A DNA stretch of 61,982 nucleotides, the filler included, from Hausera hauseri (Eukaryota), in the NCBI GenBank assembly GCA_046269625.1. It is 10 parts of 10 records of this genome, joined end to end, with 100 filler letters (N's around TTAATTAATTAA, not from the genome) between each part and the next. Parts side by side here need not be neighbours in the genome. Positions count along the whole stretch, not along the records: positions 56,712 to 61,982 come from JBJURY010294502.1; 9 more parts are not named here. One strand, 5' to 3'. Both the position numbers and the translations under genes were made by a program. The notes under the pieces were generated by a model, which saw nothing but the letters and a program-made list of their open reading frames with translations, was not told the DNA's origin and made no database searches. Of this stretch, positions 58,465 through 61,982 are shown in pieces. Position 1 is the first letter of the stretch, and each line of letters begins with the position of its first letter.

Positions 58465-59400
58465 TTGGATCTCGATGACACACAGATACTTCGAAAAATA
58501 TCGGGCTATGCTAATCAAAAATTAATTGATGGCATTCAGTTCAGACAAGATATTTCAATGTTGTTGTCACCTACAATTCACCATATAGATTTTTCTAATC
58601 TATTAGATGTGTTGTTAGTATATGCTGCTGGTAAAATTCCATATCGGGACGTCGTACAATATATAATCTATTGGTATACAGTTACAGTAAAAACGGTAAG
58701 AGAAAATCCCGAAGTTATGATTAGTCTTCAGCAATATAATCAAAATTTTTATGTATTAAGGATCACGTCGTTGGATACCGTGGCTGTATTGAAACACAGG
58801 ATTAATGAAGTAGCTCAACCTTGAAGAGAGTTAGAATTTCGTTTTACGGACAAACGTAATTAGATTACAAAACCATGTACGAAGTAGGTATGTGGTAAAA
58901 TAGATATAATCTAGTATGAATTGCTTTCAGACAATCCGAGCAAGAAATAATTGATGAAGTCATTACTGAAGTCAGACAAAAGGAGAAATAAAAAGCTGAG
59001 GGCCATTGTGAAGCTCAACAGACAGGTGACGCGAATATTACTATATAGGCGCAGATACAGATAGATAAAAGGAATCGTGATAGACCAAAGGGAACGACAA
59101 AACTTTACCAATTAAAAAATAGAAAAATGAGGGATGACGAAGTAGTTCGAAGATTACTAACGACTGAGAATAAACATTAATGCAAGTAATGTTCCACTAG
59201 CAACAATACTGCAGACTTTGTTAGCAAGGATGCACAATGCGTTCGTTGAATTAAACACCAATTTACAAATACTAGACTCACTGATGCAAATCATCAGGAA
59301 TAAAATAGCAAAAATTTCTAAGCAATTTGCAGATATTCCTACAGATAACAGAATAAACAAAATACAGGAAAGAAATATACTGTCGAGAATGATGGGAACC
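58465..59400 (+). pseudogene. Post-gag region with ubiquitin-like domain (copy J)
   Basis: VLRITSLDTVAVLKHRINEVAQP/LKRVRISFYGQT*LDYKTMYEVGM; NKIAKISKQFAD shared with contig F. Confidence 0.62.
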
Positions 59401-59439
59401 GGTATAACCAGAAGTAAGATCGTAACGGCAATGAGTAAT

Positions 59440-60070
59440 TGTGTAAGTAGGGTTATGGGCCGGCCTCTCAAAATTTTTAAACAAATTTAAATCGCTCGTC
59501 CCAACCACCACTGGCCCATAAAAATTGTTTTAAAAATTAGTAAAACCAACCCGTAACCCTACTTATACAACTACTCCTAACAAATAAATTATAAAAATAT
59601 ACAATGAGATGGATAATCCGAAAGCATTGATTATAAATTTAAATAAAACGTATAAAAATGAAAGCGAAAAATTATAAAAAATATTAAAATTTAATATTTT
59701 GCACAAAAATTGTGTTTTTAGAACCACTGTATTTAAAACTAAAAATACTTGTGATACTACAGGTTAAACCATTCTAAAGGCCTGTTTTTCAGCTTTTGAA
59801 TGATATATAAAACGTGTGCACGTAGTTATTTTTCATGTGTTTACAATGGTGAAAAGTAGATGAAATGTGTTTATTGAGATATTTAAAAAAAATTCAGAGA
59901 AAAAATGTGTTTTCAGAAGTACTGCATTTAAAATTAAAAATATCTATGATACTACAAGTTAAACCATTCTAAAATCCTAATTCATAGCTTTCGAATGATA
60001 TATAAAACATGTGTGCATTTATTATTCATGTGTGTACAATGCTGCAAAGTTGATGGCATGTGTTTTTTGG
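59440..60070. repeat. Non-autonomous DNA transposon-like repeat: local inverted repeat plus two ~195-bp tandem units
   Basis: TTGTGTAAGTAGGGTTATGGG / CCCGTAACCCTACTTATACAA; units near 59707-59872 and 59903-60067. Confidence 0.65.
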
Positions 60071-61303
60071 TGCAGAATTTAATTTTGCATCAGGGATGTC
60101 GTAAGGAAAACGCAAAATTTTACCTAAAAAAATAATTTTACCAGAAATTTTACTTTGTAAAGTAATAAATATAGGTATAACAATTGATTCATTTAAACAA
60201 AACACATTACATATTTTAACATAAAGTTAGATGTCTTTTTAATTTAAATTTAATTTTTAATAATAATTAATTTAAACGGTCCAGATTTTTTAATAAATTA
60301 TTTTACATAGAATATTTATAATATTTACTTAGAATGACACAAAATAAAAATGATGGTGACATTCAAAAATCAACTGGCAATATTGCAAAATATTTACCAA
60401 ATTTTTCAAAACCAGATATGGTGAATTACACCTTCCATCACACAATTTTACGGGTCCATTAACGAGACTACGAATGGACCCAACTTTAGATATCGAACGA
60501 ATGAAAAATTTTTGTAAAAATTTTGACAAACCGACTCATACCAGCTTTTTTATAACTACCCCCAATACTTCAGTTATAAAAGTATAACAATAGAAAAACG
60601 TCTTCAATTAATTCTGATTGTAAATTATGTGAAACAGATCGCACAGTTATAAAATTAGACAATAAATACACCTGGAGTGAATGTACAATTTCTAAATGTT
60701 GTATTAACATTTTAAAAAATATACAATAAAAATTAGTAGATGGTTAGGAGTGCACTGGGTCAACCTCTCCCCTGCCTAGGGAAAGTTGATGTGGTTCACA
60801 GATGACTCATGGGGTAGAAAAAATGATACACACACGCACGATTAATAGAGCGTAGGTAGGAGACACAGTCATAAAAGTGATACACACAAGCATGTGTACT
60901 GCATGGTTTGTAGGTAGAATTAAAATGTTGAATTTCATACCAACATTTTTTGTGTAAATTTTGGTATATTTGTTTTAATTTCGCAAAGTTTGTATAAATA
61001 TTAGTGTGTCAAATTGAAGTACATTTAAGACAATTAATTTAAATAATCATTTAAGCCAAGGGTGATTTTTTTAATTCTGATCGCCTAAATTAACTACCTA
61101 TTTAGAATGGCAAATTGGTTGTAGAAGGTGAAATTAAGCGACTTACAGAAGAAATATGCAGTGGGCAAATTGATTGTGTCCAATTCTTAAATGAAATACA
61201 GAATCAATACTTTTTATCAAGGGAAGACTATGTAGAACTTGTAGTTCGAATAATATGTATTACATACCTTAAAGAAGAATTTAAAAGAAGACAGAGAAAT
61301 GTT

Positions 61304-61982
61304 TTACTTGTGTGTAGTATCCTTGTACGTTAATAAATGCTTGTACTTAAGATGATTAAGATTGATCCCTTTGCATTTGAGGACTGGTCTGCTTTGAATT
61401 TTCAATGCATAACATTTTGGTCTCAAGAAAATTGCCTCTTGATAAACAACACAATCCTTACTTTCATCCTTAAATTTTCCGATTACAGACGCGAAACAAG
61501 TAGAGTAAAGCGGGTCGCTGCTATCATATTCTAAAGTGTCCAACTATTGATTGGCTATCATTGCTGGAAAGAGCTGTGATGACAAATCAACTCCATTGCA
61601 CTCAAGGAAAAGGCTATCTGTGTCACCGGCAATAATATTTAGCTGAAAATTGAACTGTTGCCTATTAGACTCCAACTCTATTTAATTCGATTCAAGCATT
61701 CTCAACTTAAAAAGATTTTTTAAAACTCGGGTGTTGGTAGATATTATTTTCTAGATAATTGAGGTAGTGGGCTTATGGAAGCAATATTTCGGAATCTTAA
61801 CTACTTTCAGATTCTCAATTTGCTCACATAAACTATTGGCTACAGATTGGAGATAAGACTGCTCATAAGGAACAGCCCTATGTAAAATATAAGGCTCCAT
61901 ATAGTCGCCTTCTGCTATTGCAAAAAGAATTTTAAGACCGTACTGTACATTGTAAGATGGAAATCGAGAAGCGTACATATAT
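61304..61982 (-). pseudogene. Second pPolB remnant (polymerase C-terminal part)
   Basis: AGDTDSLFL, IGKFKDES, FLRPKCYA, KCKGI. Confidence 0.85.

Noticed and set aside
61115-61333. Small ORF convergent with the pPolB remnant
   Set aside because: Non-ATG start and no recognisable motif; cannot be supported.

Overview
This is not one locus. It is ten unlinked eukaryotic contigs (A 1-12675, B 12776-21991, C 22092-27321, D 27422-32315, E 32416-37402, F 37503-41511, G 41612-47982, H 48083-52563, I 52664-56611, J 56712-61982) joined by artificial 100-nt spacers (N44-TTAATTAATTAA-N44). Content is mostly decayed mobile DNA. A and B hold three CsRN1-clade Ty3/gypsy elements beside an AP-4-like bHLH pseudogene and an unknown ORF family. 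D is a Maverick/Polinton morphogenesis module with two tandem minor capsid genes; I and J carry pPolB remnants; F has mariner elements; E is a single-ORF LTR element of different composition; G has SINEs and a few host exons. The most interesting signal is a gypsy-type retroelement lineage with unusual accessory genes, seen in two diverged copies (C, H). Its integrase runs in frame through an internal signal peptide into a type I membrane protein with FN3-like repeats. Behind a conserved splice acceptor follows an ORF encoding a REX4/ISG20-like exonuclease fold without catalytic residues and, by homology bridging, a C-terminal RING finger ending at the PPT. J carries a ubiquitin-like domain just after gag, and F carries a homologous one; both may belong to the same lineage. 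All family assignments are by-eye motif recognition; no searches were run, and pseudogene boundaries are approximate.
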